Positions 49,428 to 62,194 of a DNA stretch of 64,000 nt are shown here, piece by piece (the first letter of the stretch is position 1; the number at the start of each line of letters is the position of its first letter). Location of the stretch: assembly GCA_043228905.1 (NCBI GenBank), contig JBHGNT010000005.1:18290001-18354000 (forward strand), written 5' to 3'. The notes beneath the pieces were generated by a model. The model saw only the letters and a list, made by a program, of their open reading frames with translations. It was not told where the DNA came from and did no database searches. This stretch comes from Azolla caroliniana (lineage: Eukaryota > Plantae > Polypodiophyta). A program made the position numbers and the translations under genes.

Positions 49428-51932
49428 CCGGCTAAGCTTGATTCTGGCAAAATGTGTATTCAGAGTGTCAAGCGGGGGGCTATTAGGACACATTGTGAGC
49501 AAGGAAGGAATTGTTGTGGACCCAGAAAAAGTAAAAGCAATCGGCCGTTGTTGGAGGCACCGGCACCAACAACAGCCAAAGCATTAAGCCGTTTCTTAGG
49601 CCAAATCCGGTGGCATAGCCGAATGCTCCGGTATCTGGCGGACCTAGCTACACCACTGCATGCTGCGGTACACCGAACACCGTTCCAGTGGACCGACACC
49701 GAAGACAAGGTGTACCGGGCACTCAAAGTACTATTGTCGCAAGCGCCGGTAGTGCAACCCCCGGATTGGGCTAAGGAGTTTCATGTGTTCGTGGATGCGT
49801 CCGACATTGAAATCGGAAGTGCGTTGATGCAACTTACAGAGCCAAGGTAATACCGGCCTGTGTATTACGCAAGCCGAAAGTTATCCCAAGCCGAACGAAA
49901 TTATTCCACCACGGAAAGGGAAGCTTTGGGCATGATCTACAGCGTGACAAAATTCAGACATTATTTGTTGGGAAGGAAATTTTCCTTCCACGTAGATCAT
50001 TTGACACTCCTCTATTTAGTTTCCAAAGCCTCACTAACCGGTAAGTTGGTACGGTGGACGTTACTGTTGCAGGAATTTGAGTTCGAAATATTCCACCGAC
50101 CTGGCATGTGCACACAGTAGCAGACTATTTGAGCCGGTTAGATTCCGGCGAGACTGGTGACAGAGTCCCGGACAAGTTTCCGGATGCTGAGCTAATTCGA
50201 GTCACCGCGGAAATGGCAACATATGAAACGGTGGCACAAGAAGATAAGTGGCTAAGGAATATGCAACAATTTCTGAGCACCGGGTTGCCTCCGGAGGAGA
50301 TGAACCGAGACGAGAGGAAACGCCTGGCGGTACAAAGCTGGCACTTCTGTTTAGTACGAGACACGCTATACCACAAAGGCGCGGATGATATATGGCGACG
50401 GGCGGTGGGCAGCGACAAGAAGAATATAATACTACGAGAAGCACACTGCGGAGTCGTCGGAGGCCATTACACCGGAGATGCTACGGAAAGGAAGATATGG
50501 CAGAGTGGCCTATGGTGGCCGACAATATTGAAAGACGCGGTCCGGTACGCTAAAGAATGCGATCTATGTCATCGAATGGGCTAGCCAACCGAACAAGCTA
50601 GGATGCCGCACCAGCCGGTACTGCTGTTAGAACCATTTCAAAAATGGCGGCTGGATTTTGTGGGTCCATTCAAACCACTGGCACTGAGAACCGGCAACCG
50701 GTATGTGATCGTAGCTACAGATTACTGCACGAAATGGGTAGAAGCCAAAGCCTTGCGCGACAACACCGCGGCGTCGACGGCGAAATTCTTGTATGAATAC
50801 ATTTGGTGCAAGTATGGATGCCCGATCGAGCTAATAAGTGACCAAGGAGGGCACTTCCTCCGCCAAGTGGTGGAAAGCTTGACGTTGTTCTATGCCGTGG
50901 TGCATAAACGGAGCACGCCATACTATCCGCAAGCAAACGAGTTAGCCGAGTCGACGAACAAAACGCTACAGAATATCCTTCGGAAAATCGTCAACGAAAA
51001 CCGGACGGACTGGGATACGAAGTTGCACTGCGCACTCTGGGCTTACCAGACAACCTACAAAACAAGCATCCAAACCACACCGTTCCGGCTAGCATTCGGA
51101 TTGGAGGCCGTCATGCCGGTAGAGTTCCAGGTCCCAAGCTTATGGATTCAGATTAGGGAACGGTTAAACGAGAAGGAATCAGAGGCAATTCGGTTAGCAG
51201 CTCTGTGTGAACTAGAAGAACACCGACTAGCGAGTATCATGCACCTGGAACTGGAGCAACGGCGAAGAAAGGCGTTTGTAGATCGCCACCGAAAAGGAAA
51301 TGAAAAGATGTTTGGAATCGGCAAGCCGGTACTAGTGTTCCAAACCTGGATGGGAAAGATGCCGGGGAAACTACGGTTTCGGTGGACCGGACCGTACTGG
51401 ATCACACACGAGGTCAATGGATCCTACCAGTTAGGGACACTTGTCGGCGAGGTCCTGGGTAAGTGGGACAACGGATTTCGACTAAAGCCATACAAGGGAC
51501 CCATGCCGAGGAACCCATTTGAACAAGGAAAGGCCGATGCTGAACCAGATACCGACATATTGGAAACAACGGCAACCTGATTAGCAATCGGCAACAACGA
51601 AGCCGGTAAGGGGGACAAAGAGCCGGCACAAGGGGTTGGATAAGAGGATGGCAAACTGTCACGAGGCTGGCAAGATTCCTTATTCGGGTAGGGATCCGAT
51701 AGGACCGGAGACGAAATAACCTAACAATTGATATTAAAATAAAATAAAATCGAAACGAATCAAAGAAATCATGCAAAGGAGTGGTGTGAACGGGCATGCA
51801 AATGAGGAGTAAAGAGGCACTTCGAAAAGGTACGAGGGGGCTATGAATAGGGCATTAAACCATCGCCACATGGCACATAATCCTATTATAGTACACGACC
51901 TGGACACGGGTAGGCCCGAAAAAGGTGCCAAG

Positions 51933-54900
51933 ATGCAGAGAGAAAACTCCCCACGCATCGAGACCTTCACCTTTCGTGAACAAAGGAGCACAAACGCGCA
52001 CAAGCGCTTGAAGATCATCAGAAGAGAGCCAACACACAGAGCTTCCTCACACAGAGCCTCCTCACATAGAGCTTCCTCATACACAGCCCTCACCAACGCT
52101 GTCCGACCTCGACGCAGACATGGACTGCCAGACTCTCTCTGAGGCCGCCAAGAAATGGCTATGACAACACGAATTGGAGGGGTTCCTCACAATCATGGAT
52201 GCACCACCACACAGAGAAGCCGACAAGATCATCAAAGAAATTGACACCGAGCTGATCACGGAGGAAACGATCCGTGCACTAACAAGCCTTCCAAAGGGGG
52301 GCATCTATACTATTGACAACCCTACCTCCGAACGGCTCATCAAATACTTCGGCGAGTATTCTCTGGCCAGCAAGGGCTACAGGACACAGGGCGGAGAAGA
52401 TATGTTATTCCAAGAAACTGCCCGTGTACTCCATGAGTTCGGCCACGTATACCCTCAACCCCCTGTTATGCCTAAGAACCGAGCAAGCTTGATCATCGCA
52501 ACATACGAAGGGGTCAAGGTGGATTGGCCGGTGCCGATTGCCGACAGATTGTGTGCGGCAATTGACACTGTAAGAGGTAAGGAAGCCAAAGAAGGCCGGA
52601 AAATATGGCATGCGATGGCGCAATGGCTCACCCTATGGGCGCCACCTGTCCAGCCCGTCCAGACCAAGAAGCGGGGAAGAGTAACGGACGGCACCCCGAA
52701 AGCTGCTTCAAAACGACATCAGTTGTTGGCCACCAAGACCACTAAGGGGAAGACAATCGACACGGAGCAGGCGGCGAAGGAGCGCGCCATCTGGAAGCAG
52801 CCGACGGACACACAGGAGGAGACACCGGCACGGCCCCTGAAGAGCACACTCCGCCGACTGGTGCAACAAGAAATGGACACCCTGGCGGCAAGAATGAATG
52901 CCGGGACTCAGGAGGAGGAAACAAAGGAAGAACCTACGGAGCACCTCCAGCGGCGGCCGACGACGAGCACCGTAGAATCAACCGGGAAGCGTTCAGACCC
53001 ACAGAAGGATGGAACGCCTTTACCCCACACTGAGAATCCCACGCCAAGGGAGGAATCGGAACCGGTTTGGATGGAACCGGTCTCAGAAGCCCCTACACAA
53101 CAGGCAATACCGGCGGGTCAGGAAACGGCAAGCCCCGAAACGCAAGCGCCGGTAAGGCATGTGCCACCTTCCTCAGCCGGCCAAGAACAAGCAAAACAAG
53201 AGCGGCCAGCCGAAACACAACCGGAACCTGAACGACAAAGTGGTCAGCAGGCAGAGCCGGAATTGCAGCTCGAAGCAGTTAGGCGGGACCGGCCACTGGC
53301 AAGTGAACCCATCAGCCAACCCTCTGTGCAGACGCAACAACAGGGCATCGATAGCCAATGGCTCCGGTGGATAGGAGAGTAGGTTGCCGGAGTGATACTG
53401 TATGTAGAGGCAGAAGAACGAGCGCAGATGGAACGGTTGCTAGTCACAACCGATGAACTAGAGACGGCCCGGTCAAGGATCCGGTGCCTTGAACAAGACT
53501 TGGATCGGGTCACAGAAGACATGGCCAAAATGGCCTTAACCGCAACACAGATCCAAGCACCGGTGACTTCGGTGGATGTACAGAATAAAGAAACAACCAC
53601 GCCTATACATACGAATAAGACCCCGGAGACAGAAACCGTCTCGGAGAAAGATGCGGCGCAAGCCCAAGAGCTTGCCGAATTAAGGGACGAACTTGCTGCA
53701 CAAGAAGCACTACGGAGCCGCGAATGAGATTTGAAGAAAGCGGTAGAAGAGGAGTTAAAGAAGACTGTTGAAAACCTCTGCCGGCCAGAAGAAAATCTGC
53801 GGAAAGGGCATCAAGCTTACGACCGGCTAAAGGAGGAAAAAGAAAAATTGATGTAGGAGAAGGACAAGCTGTGACGGATGACGGAAACAGAAATCGAAAG
53901 GCTGAAAGAAGAACTCCGTCAACAAAAGGACCGGGAAGACCGTGCTCGCCGGCAAATCAACCAAAGGTTGAAGCAGAAGACAGAGGACTTCGACCACTTG
54001 CACCGGAACTTTAAGAGCTTGGACACGGAACATAAGCAACAACAGGAAAGGATGGCCGAGCTCCGGCAGGAAGTTGATCGGGCCATGAAGGCACTCGCTG
54101 ACGAACGGGCTGAGAATACAAAGCTATTGGAGGAAGCGGCGAGGGATCGGATGGAGCTCCACAAGCAGCACCATGAAGAAAAGGAGAGGGCGACAATGGT
54201 GTTACAGAAGTTGCAAACAACCTATCAAAGTCAATTGTCGCATTATAGGGAGCAGGAGGCGGACACGGTCAGAATCATCAAGCAATTGAAAGAGGAGCGA
54301 CAAGCCGCTGAGAACAAATCACAGATGGGAACCGAACGGATCTAGTGCATCCTCCGGGCATGGCTAAACAAGACCAAACGCTTGATTGAAGAGAGCTCCG
54401 TGCGATGGTGGACGAAATGGGCGCAGAATACGGCTGAACTCCAGTTGCTCAGGGCGGACGCGGAAAACCGGCGGAAGGAAGGTGATGACTGTTACATGCT
54501 AGGGAGCAGGAGGCGGACACGGTCAGAATCATCAAGCAATTGAAAGAGGAGCGACAAGCCGCTGAGAACAAATCACAGATGGGAACCAAACAGATCTAGT
54601 GCATCCTCCGGGCATGGCTAAACAAGACCAAATGCTTGATTGACGAGAGCTCCGTGCGATAGTGGACGAAATGGGCGCAGAATACGGCTGAACTCCAGTT
54701 GCTTAGGGTGGACGCGGAAAACCGGCGGAAGGAAGGTGACGACTGTTACATGCTCACATTGGAGGACTTCACCGCCATAAAGGATGAGCTGGTAGAAGAT
54801 TTCACAACTTTGGCGGATGAGCAATTGGTGCAGGTCCGAAAACTCATAGCTCGACTGGACGATGATCGGATGGATGCTCAAATCCAGTTTGAGAGCTACA

Positions 54901-55193
54901 AGCGGTCCTGGCTTAGGGAAGAAAATGCAAGGCAGGCGGCAACGGTCAACCTCAGTGATGAAGAACCGTCGCCGGTACAAGGACCAGACGGGGACCAGGC
55001 CGGGGTAAGTCAACTAGAGACAACTCCGACGGAGGAAACAACGAAAGAAACGCCGGTGCCAGAGCAACAATCGGAGTCACAGCCAGAGTCGCAGCAGCCA
55101 TAGCAGCAACAGCCACAGTAGAAACAATAGATTCCCGTCGAGCCACTGGAGACCCTAGAGCAAAGCATCCTGGATATCTTGGACGAAGAGTAA
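51933..55193 (+). pseudogene. Extra ~1000-aa ORF of gypsy B2 (homologue of 13596-16630); disrupted
   Basis: Starts MQRENSPRIE; fragments 52174-53382, 53392-53727, 53878-54345, 54699-55103; ends LEQSILDILDEE*. Confidence 0.8.
54246..54753 (+). repeat. 254-bp direct tandem duplication in the B2 extra ORF
   Basis: tagggagcaggaggcggacacgg at 54246 and 54500. Confidence 0.9.
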
Positions 55194-55705
55194 GGAGCCG
55201 GTGTGGGATTCAACGTACAAGGTACTGTCCCACGAGCGTGCCATGTGTTACCCGGCCGACAAAGGAGCTAAGGACGCCAAGACCAGGGTGTGAAAAGGGG
55301 AATTGTTATTTGGGAATCTGTTGTAATTACTAGTCTTAATATATTAATATATGAGAAGATGTGGAGAGACGGACCGGAATCAGTATGCCGATCCGGATCT
55401 GGACCGATCTCGAATAGGTGCCGGTTGGCACCGTTTTGTACTTCGCACCGGTGACCTATATAAAGGCCCGGTTACAATGTAGTTATCAACGGAGAGAAAT
55501 ATAAACCTTTTGTTTAATCATTGAGTATTGTTCACCGTTCTGTGCTTATTGTATATCTTACACGTGTTAATGACGTATTACTAAGTAACCGATTAAGGTC
55601 CAATTAAGCGTTGTGTCGTAAGTTATCTCGCCATAACACCCTTTGGTGAAGTGTCTTAGGTGGACACCTTGTGTTAGGCTGTTTGTCCGGCCCTAAGGAT
55701 TAACA

Positions 55706-56410
55706 CGCATCTGCTTGGGACAAGACACCCGTGTCCTTCCTTCTTCTCTCCTCGTTCAAGATGCTTTTCTTTACCACTTGCAAGGACAAGTTTTCTTCAT
55801 GACATGAGGTGCTGCGAATTACTACCAGGTTCTCCTAGCTGTCCGGTAATGTACACAATAGTAGTAGGGCCTGCATAACATCCAGGAAAATTCACAATTG
55901 GCCTAATGGGTTGTCCCTATCCCAAGGATTAAAAGTAATCATTTCCTTCTTTACACTCTCGTTTAACCCTCACACTTTATCCACGTGTATAGAATACTAC
56001 GGTAAAACTTACCACGGGATATGGTCATGGCCGTAACACTTATGCCATATCTTTCCATTCGAGTCGGTTGCCACGTTTGATTCCGACTTGCACAACTTGT
56101 CTTGCGTAACATATAGAGTGCCATGTTTTTGTGCTCAAGCCACTATGAGGTTTCCTCGACTAAACTTCCACTTGCCATTTCAAAAACTACCACTATAGCC
56201 TTCGTCATCCATCCATCCTATCAATATCATATTCAGCCTGATATCGGACACGTGTCGGACATCCTTCAAGATCAGCCGAGAACCGGTCAACGTTGTCAGA
56301 GATACATTTTGGACGCCGACTATCTTGCATTCCCCGTTATCTCTCATCTTCACATAGCCATGATCCCTGGCTGTGTAAGTCGAGAAACACTCTCTCGAGG
56401 GATTTATAGG
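55706..56410 (-). mobile_element. Rearranged, degenerate Tnt1-like copia fragments
   Basis: Minus-strand translation gives LKDVRHV..MDDEGYSGSF..GKWKFSRGNLIVA..TLY..IWHK (~56400-56030) and gag-like LSLQVVKKSILNEERRRK (~55850-55720). Confidence 0.65.
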
Positions 56411-59256
56411 TGTTGAGAATCAAGCTCAACATAGTGCAATGTGTGAACACAACTTTTGAGAATCCATGATTACTCAAAGGTCAAGAGTCACACGACTACT
56501 CTCTATACATTAACTATGTGTCATAGAATTATATTCTATGACACATAACTAATGAGTTACATGTTCCCCATGACTCTGAGTCTTCACATTCCCCAAGAGA
56601 GAGAGAGTGGTTGTTGCAAGTTAATGAAGAGAGAGGGTGACTCTATATAAAGCACCCTCCTCATACTTCATACGAAGTCGGTTGTGACTCCTTATTATGC
56701 TACATTTTGTAATTCTTATTCTACTTGTGAAATATACACCTTCTTCTTGAGTATTCCTTTTTCTATCTATCTAGTGTTCTCTAATCTCTCCTCTAATTCC
56801 TCGAACTCGTACACATAACACACATCTCTTCCGCTACACAAGAATCTTCATCAATTCCTTACATGGTATCAGAGCGATTTGGTAGCTTGATGTAGCCCAT
56901 TTGCCTCACCGTGATCGTGTGTTGTGCTCTACGCCAACGTTCAAGAAGAACCGGCTCATCGCTATTGTAGTACCACTACATAGCTCATGTTCGAGAGAGA
57001 AGGAAAAGAAGAAAGGAAGCTTAATCGACAATGAATACTCAAATGGGGAGTGTTCTCCCTAGTGAGAAGTTGGATCACAACAACTTTGCATCTTGGGAGT
57101 ACAAGATGCACCAATACCTTGTCTGCCAAGGCTATTAGGGTTACATCAAAGGAGCACAAGAAATCCGACCCGACCCGAAAGACGCCGACTACGCAACATG
57201 GGAGCAAGCGGCAAGTCGAGTGATGTATTGCTTGGTGACATGTGTTCACAACCACAGGCTCGGCTACATTCGAGAAGCCGAGACGCCGAAGGAAGCGTGG
57301 GAGAATCTACGAAAGATTTTCGCCGCCAACACGACCGCGAGAAAGCTTCAATTCTGCTAACAGTTGAACAACATCCAACAACGGGATATGTCCATCACGA
57401 GCTACACCTTGAAGATCAAGGAGCTTTGTGACTCGCTTGGCTCGATAAGCGTCAACATGGACAATGATGAAATGGTGCAAATATGCCTCGGCAGCCTCGC
57501 ACCACAATTCAGCGCGATGCAAACTGCCGTACTAGCATGGGAGAATCCACCCTCCTTCTTCGATCTTCAATCCATGTTGTTGGTTGAAGAGAATCATGTT
57601 CGAACAAGGAGCAACGCCTCGGATGACCACATGCTCTACACGCATTCGGACTGAGGAAGAGGACGCGGCCATGCAAGAAGAGGCCGATTCGGCCAAGGAC
57701 GAGGCGGACGAGGCCCGACTTACAAAAACAACTCGCAATTTCGGCATCAAGCGGAAGCCATCGAGGAACCTTCGGAAGAAGGGGGAGCTTCCATTCTAGT
57801 CCGAGTCGACAAAACTTGATCGAATCCGGATATTGCAGAAAAATTGGCCACCGCGAAGAAGAGTGCCGAAAGAAGATGCGTGAGTCAGCTTCCACTAGTC
57901 GATAACTCACCAATTACGCCGCCGACTTCGAGTACGATGACTACGGTGGATTATTCGTAATGAGACATAGATTGAGTTCTATCTCGGCCTCTACTTCTAC
58001 TAGTGACTCTGGTCCGAAAGACGTATGGTTTGTCGATTCCGGTGCCTTGAACTATATGACATTGCATCAAGAATGGTTTTGAGAACTTCGAGAGCCGGAC
58101 CGACCCGGCTATGTCGAAACCGGAGACGACACTACGCACCTGATTCGGCACATCAGCAATGTTCCGTTTGGAAAAGAAGTTAAGCAAAATTACATTAAAA
58201 ATGTCTTGCATGTACCAACTATCACGAAGAATTTGGTCTCCGTCGGCCAAATTGTAGAGCAAGGAATGCAAGCTCGATTTAATCAAGGCGGTTGCTTCAT
58301 CGAAAAAGAGGACCGACTCATCGCACGTGGACGAAGAGAGGGCCGAATGTTCATTCTTGACTCGCACGAGATGAAATGGGCCATGTTCGCAAAAGGCATG
58401 AAAGCCGAGTCCGACATAGAGTTATGGCACAAGCGGATTGGCCATATCAACCTTCAAAAGCTCAAAGCGATACAATCGAAAGGAGTCGTCATCGGACTCT
58501 TGACCTTCAAAGAGAGAGAGATTGAAGGCGTATGTGCGCCTTGCCAATTCGGCAAGCAACATCGGCATCCATTTCCAAAGGAGAGGAATGTAAGCAAAGG
58601 CGTACTTGATGTAATTCATTCTGATGTATGGGGGTCGGCTCAAACAGAGACATTCGGCAAATGCCGATACTACGTGACCTTTATCGACGACTTCTCTAGG
58701 CACACTTGGATCTACCCGATGCGGCAAAAGAGCGAAGTGTTCGGACACTTCCAAAAATTCAAGAGTGGAGTCGAAAAAGCTACGAGTCGACACGTATGGT
58801 GCCTTCGATCAGATGGAGGCAAGAATATTTCTCAGATGATTTTACAGTGTATCTATGGAAAGAAGGAATTCGACGAGAGTTTTCGTGTCGACATACGCCA
58901 CAACAAAACGGAGTGGCCGAACTAAAGAATCAGCACATCCTCGAAGTAGCACGGGCCATGATGAACGAAAAGCACGTGCTGAAGTCGTACTAGGGAGAAG
59001 CGGCTAACATGGCCGTATACCTCATGAATTGGTGTACAACATCCGGTGTGCACGACCTCATACCGCACGAAAAGTTTTTCTGAAAGAAGCTGGATCTATC
59101 ACACATCCGGATATTCGGCTCCATTGTGTATGTGCACATCCCTAACGAAAAGTGACAAAAGCTCGACCCGAAGTCGGAGAAATGTATCCTCATTGGATAC
59201 TCACTAGAGCAAAAGGGGTACAAGTGCTATAACTCCTCGACTCGAAAAGTTCGCGT
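56411..59256 (+). mobile_element. Copia G (related to copia A): 5' LTR 56411-56863, PBS 56864-56875, gag-PR-INT, interrupted at 59257
   Basis: TGGTATCAGAGC; SEKLDHNNFASWEYKMHQYL; WFVDSGA; HSDVWG..FIDDFSR; KLDPKSEKCILIGYS. Confidence 0.88.
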
Positions 59257-59323
59257 TGTCGTGAAGAAAACCGTCCCTTAGCGTAATCGGTGCATAGCGC
59301 GCGTGAACCGGCTCTTCACGCGT
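59257..59323 (+). mobile_element. First 67 bp of an F-lineage LTR, itself interrupted by element F2
   Basis: TGTCGTGAAGAAAACCGTCCC.. matches the U3 end of the F2 LTR in the opposite orientation. Confidence 0.75.
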
Positions 59324-62194
59324 TGTCGCGTTGTTACGCGCGTGCGTGGAGAAACAAGGCGGGACCACCGGGGTCTTGAACCGAAGAGGAGGTGATAGAA
59401 GGGGAAAGAGAAGGAGAGAGACGCCCGGTCATGTATGAGCAAAGAAACACAGGAGCGTGGCCCGTCAACACAGAAGACGCAAATGGACACAGAGACAAGA
59501 AGAAACAAGTGTTTGTATATTAACGAATAATGAGTACACAGCATAACACGCGAGCGGCTACAACCGAACAGGCCGGCGGATAGATGCCGATGCCTGTTCG
59601 TCTACGCACAAAATGGGAATAGGATGGAGGTGCTGCCGGAAGCACACGGGCGTTCCTCGAAGCAGCGCGAGCCTCCCGAACCCTACAGAGAAGGGCAACA
59701 GAGAACAAACAGAGGAGAATCGTTCTGTTCCGGTCCGACAGCACTTCGTCCTCCTTAATGCGATATCCCTTCTCCCTCCATCTCCCTCATTTACTTCCTA
59801 CCTACCGAATCTAACTACCCCGGATCTCTCCCTGTACCTAATTCTCTATTATATACATTAAGAGCGCGCACACGTGAAGGGCCGGTTCCTGTGTGCTATT
59901 CACCGATTACGCCAGGGGACGGTTTTCTTCACGACATCCGCCCCCACCTAACCGCGCATCCACCGGTATGCGCCAAAATTGGATTCTGGTTGGAGAAAAA
60001 CGGCCCGGGTTCCGGTTCCTCGTCCATCGGTTCGTCCTCCGCCTCGGACTGATCATCGTCATTGTCCAGGCCTCTTAGATCCGGTTCGCCGTCGTGGCGC
60101 TTCTTGAACGCTTTGATCCGCTTTCCCACCACTGGTATCGCCATCCTCGTACTGTCGAGTTCCGCCAGGTGATACGTCCCGTTGTCGTTGGCGCCCGTTA
60201 CCACGTAAGGCCCGAACCACCGCTTTGCAAACTTCCGTGTTGCTCGGTGCTGGTTGTCGAGGCTGTTGTCGTAGACTAGCACCCAGTCGCCTTCCTCGAT
60301 TCTCTTTGGTCTGAGCCGGTGCGTTCGGTCAAACCGGGCTTCCTTCTTCATCCTCGCCGTCTGAAGTCTCTCCGCCGCTCGTTCCACGTCCTCTAGCCTC
60401 CGCTCGAGCTGCCGTATACGCGCCGCGAGCAGTTCTTCCCGACTCAGTTCGTCACTCCAGTCTACTGTCGCCCAAGAGGAGATCGTCTGTTCCATCGGCA
60501 TGATTGGCTTCTGTCCGAACATGAGCTCTAATGGCATGAACCCGGTTACCGAGTTGTGCGTTGTCCGGTCCGCCCACAAGGCATAAGGTAACAGCCGTGG
60601 CCAGTTCCCGACCTGGCCTCCGCATGCCCGGACTAGCGCTTTGACGATTGGCCCGTGCCCGCGCTCTACCTTCCCGTTTGCCTCCGGATTGTACGCTGTG
60701 GTGAGCGAGAGCTTGACCCCCAACCGGTTGAATAGCTCCTCGGCCTCTTCGGCATCCAACTCCCCGCGGTCAGCCACGATCTTTCCGACGCACCCGTACC
60801 GGCATATCACGTCCTCAATCAGGAACCGACACACGGCCGCGGTCGTTTTGTTCTGCAGGGCTCGGCCTTCCACCTGGTTCGTCAGGTCCTCCCGGGCCAG
60901 CACCAGATATCGCATCTGCCCTACACCCATCGGCATCGTCACCAAATCTACCATCCATTTGAAGTGGATGGCCGGAGGGTAAGTGGGGTGAAGCTCGTCC
61001 CGATGTCGGATTACGGAGTGCATCTGACAGCTCTCACAAGTTGTCATGAACCGATGCACGTCCCGGCCACCAGTACTTCCCCTTCAGCTTCTCGAACGTG
61101 GCCCACGTCCCACGGTGCCCAGCCCAGGGGCTGTCGTGATAGGCTTTCGGCAATTCCTCCTGTTCCTCCTTCATCGCCACTACTCGGAGCGGGATGCCGT
61201 CCCTCTTCTTCGGGTGCTTCCACAAGAATCCGTCCCGGAGAAAGAACCGGTACGCTTTCTTCCGGATCCAGTTGGCCTGGTCCCTTGTCCACGATGCGTT
61301 CGGCATCATTGTCCTTAAGAATCCCCCAATCTACAACCACTCCCCGTCGTACTTGCTCTCGTTGAAATCGTTAAGCGACGGAGTGCTTCCCCCTTCAGTT
61401 GTTACGTGAGCCGCCTCGAAGAAGTCTACGCCGACTTCCTCGTCCTCCGAAACCATGCCGCCCTCGTCGTCGAATCGCGCCCTCGAAAGCATGTCGGCCA
61501 TGGCATTGTCTTTCTCGGAAATGTGTCGTATTTCTGGATCCAGGGACTTGATGTACGCTATCCACCTAAGCATTGCCAGGTCCGGGGTTGCGCATCCGGA
61601 AACCATGCCGAGAATCGGCAGGCAGTCCGTCTCGATAATCACCTCTGTCCCAATCAGATAGTCTTTATCGGCCTTCACCGCCGAAACGATACTCCAGAGT
61701 TCGCGTTTAGCCTGGGCGTATCCTCGCTGTCGCTCACTGAGGACCTTCACGCCGAACCGGATTGGGAACCGAATGCCGTCCTCATCTTCTTGGTTGACGA
61801 CCCATCCGATTCCGGTCGGACTCGTATCTACCGTTATGTAGATGGGAGTACCTTTCTCGTAGACAGCCTTCCGGAGTGCCGGAGCTGCAACAAGAGCCTC
61901 CTTCATCTTTCGGACCGACTCCGCATGCTTGTCTCGCCACTCGAATTTTCGCCCCTTTTTCAGCAACCCGTATAGCGGCTCGGCAACGTGGGCGTAATGC
62001 GGGATCCATAGCGGGAACCTCCGTACCTCCGTGACCGAGTTACAGTCGGGCTTCATAGCGGAGATGGCTTCCACCTTAGCCGGAGACGGTTTCCGGCCAT
62101 ACGGTCCGCATAGATGTCCGACGACCATGATCTCTGATTGCCCGAAGGCCGATTTTTCCCCGGAGAAGGTGAGCCTCGCGTCCTCTAGCCTCTG
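59324..62194 (-). mobile_element. Gypsy F2 (relative of F1): 3' LTR 59936-59324, PPT, INT, RH and part of RT; interrupted by copia H
   Basis: PPT AGGTGGGGGCGGA next to the LTR; INT 59929-61059 closely similar to F1; RH ITVDTSPTGIGW..ETDCLPILG. Confidence 0.9.

Larger units (their letters stand above)
48200..55705 (+). mobile_element. 5'-truncated non-chromoviral gypsy B2 (relative of B1): RT-RH-INT 48200-51580, extra ORF, 3' LTR 55246-55705
   Basis: KVKEEIDKLLRVGFIRPV, VFLDD, YYASRKL, INT 50603-51580; LTR similar to the reverse complement of the B1 LTRs. Confidence 0.9.

Noticed and set aside
59257-59936. MITE / TIR DNA transposon
   Set aside because: Followed by a PPT and integrase; an internal TGTCGCG at 59324 matches true LTR ends
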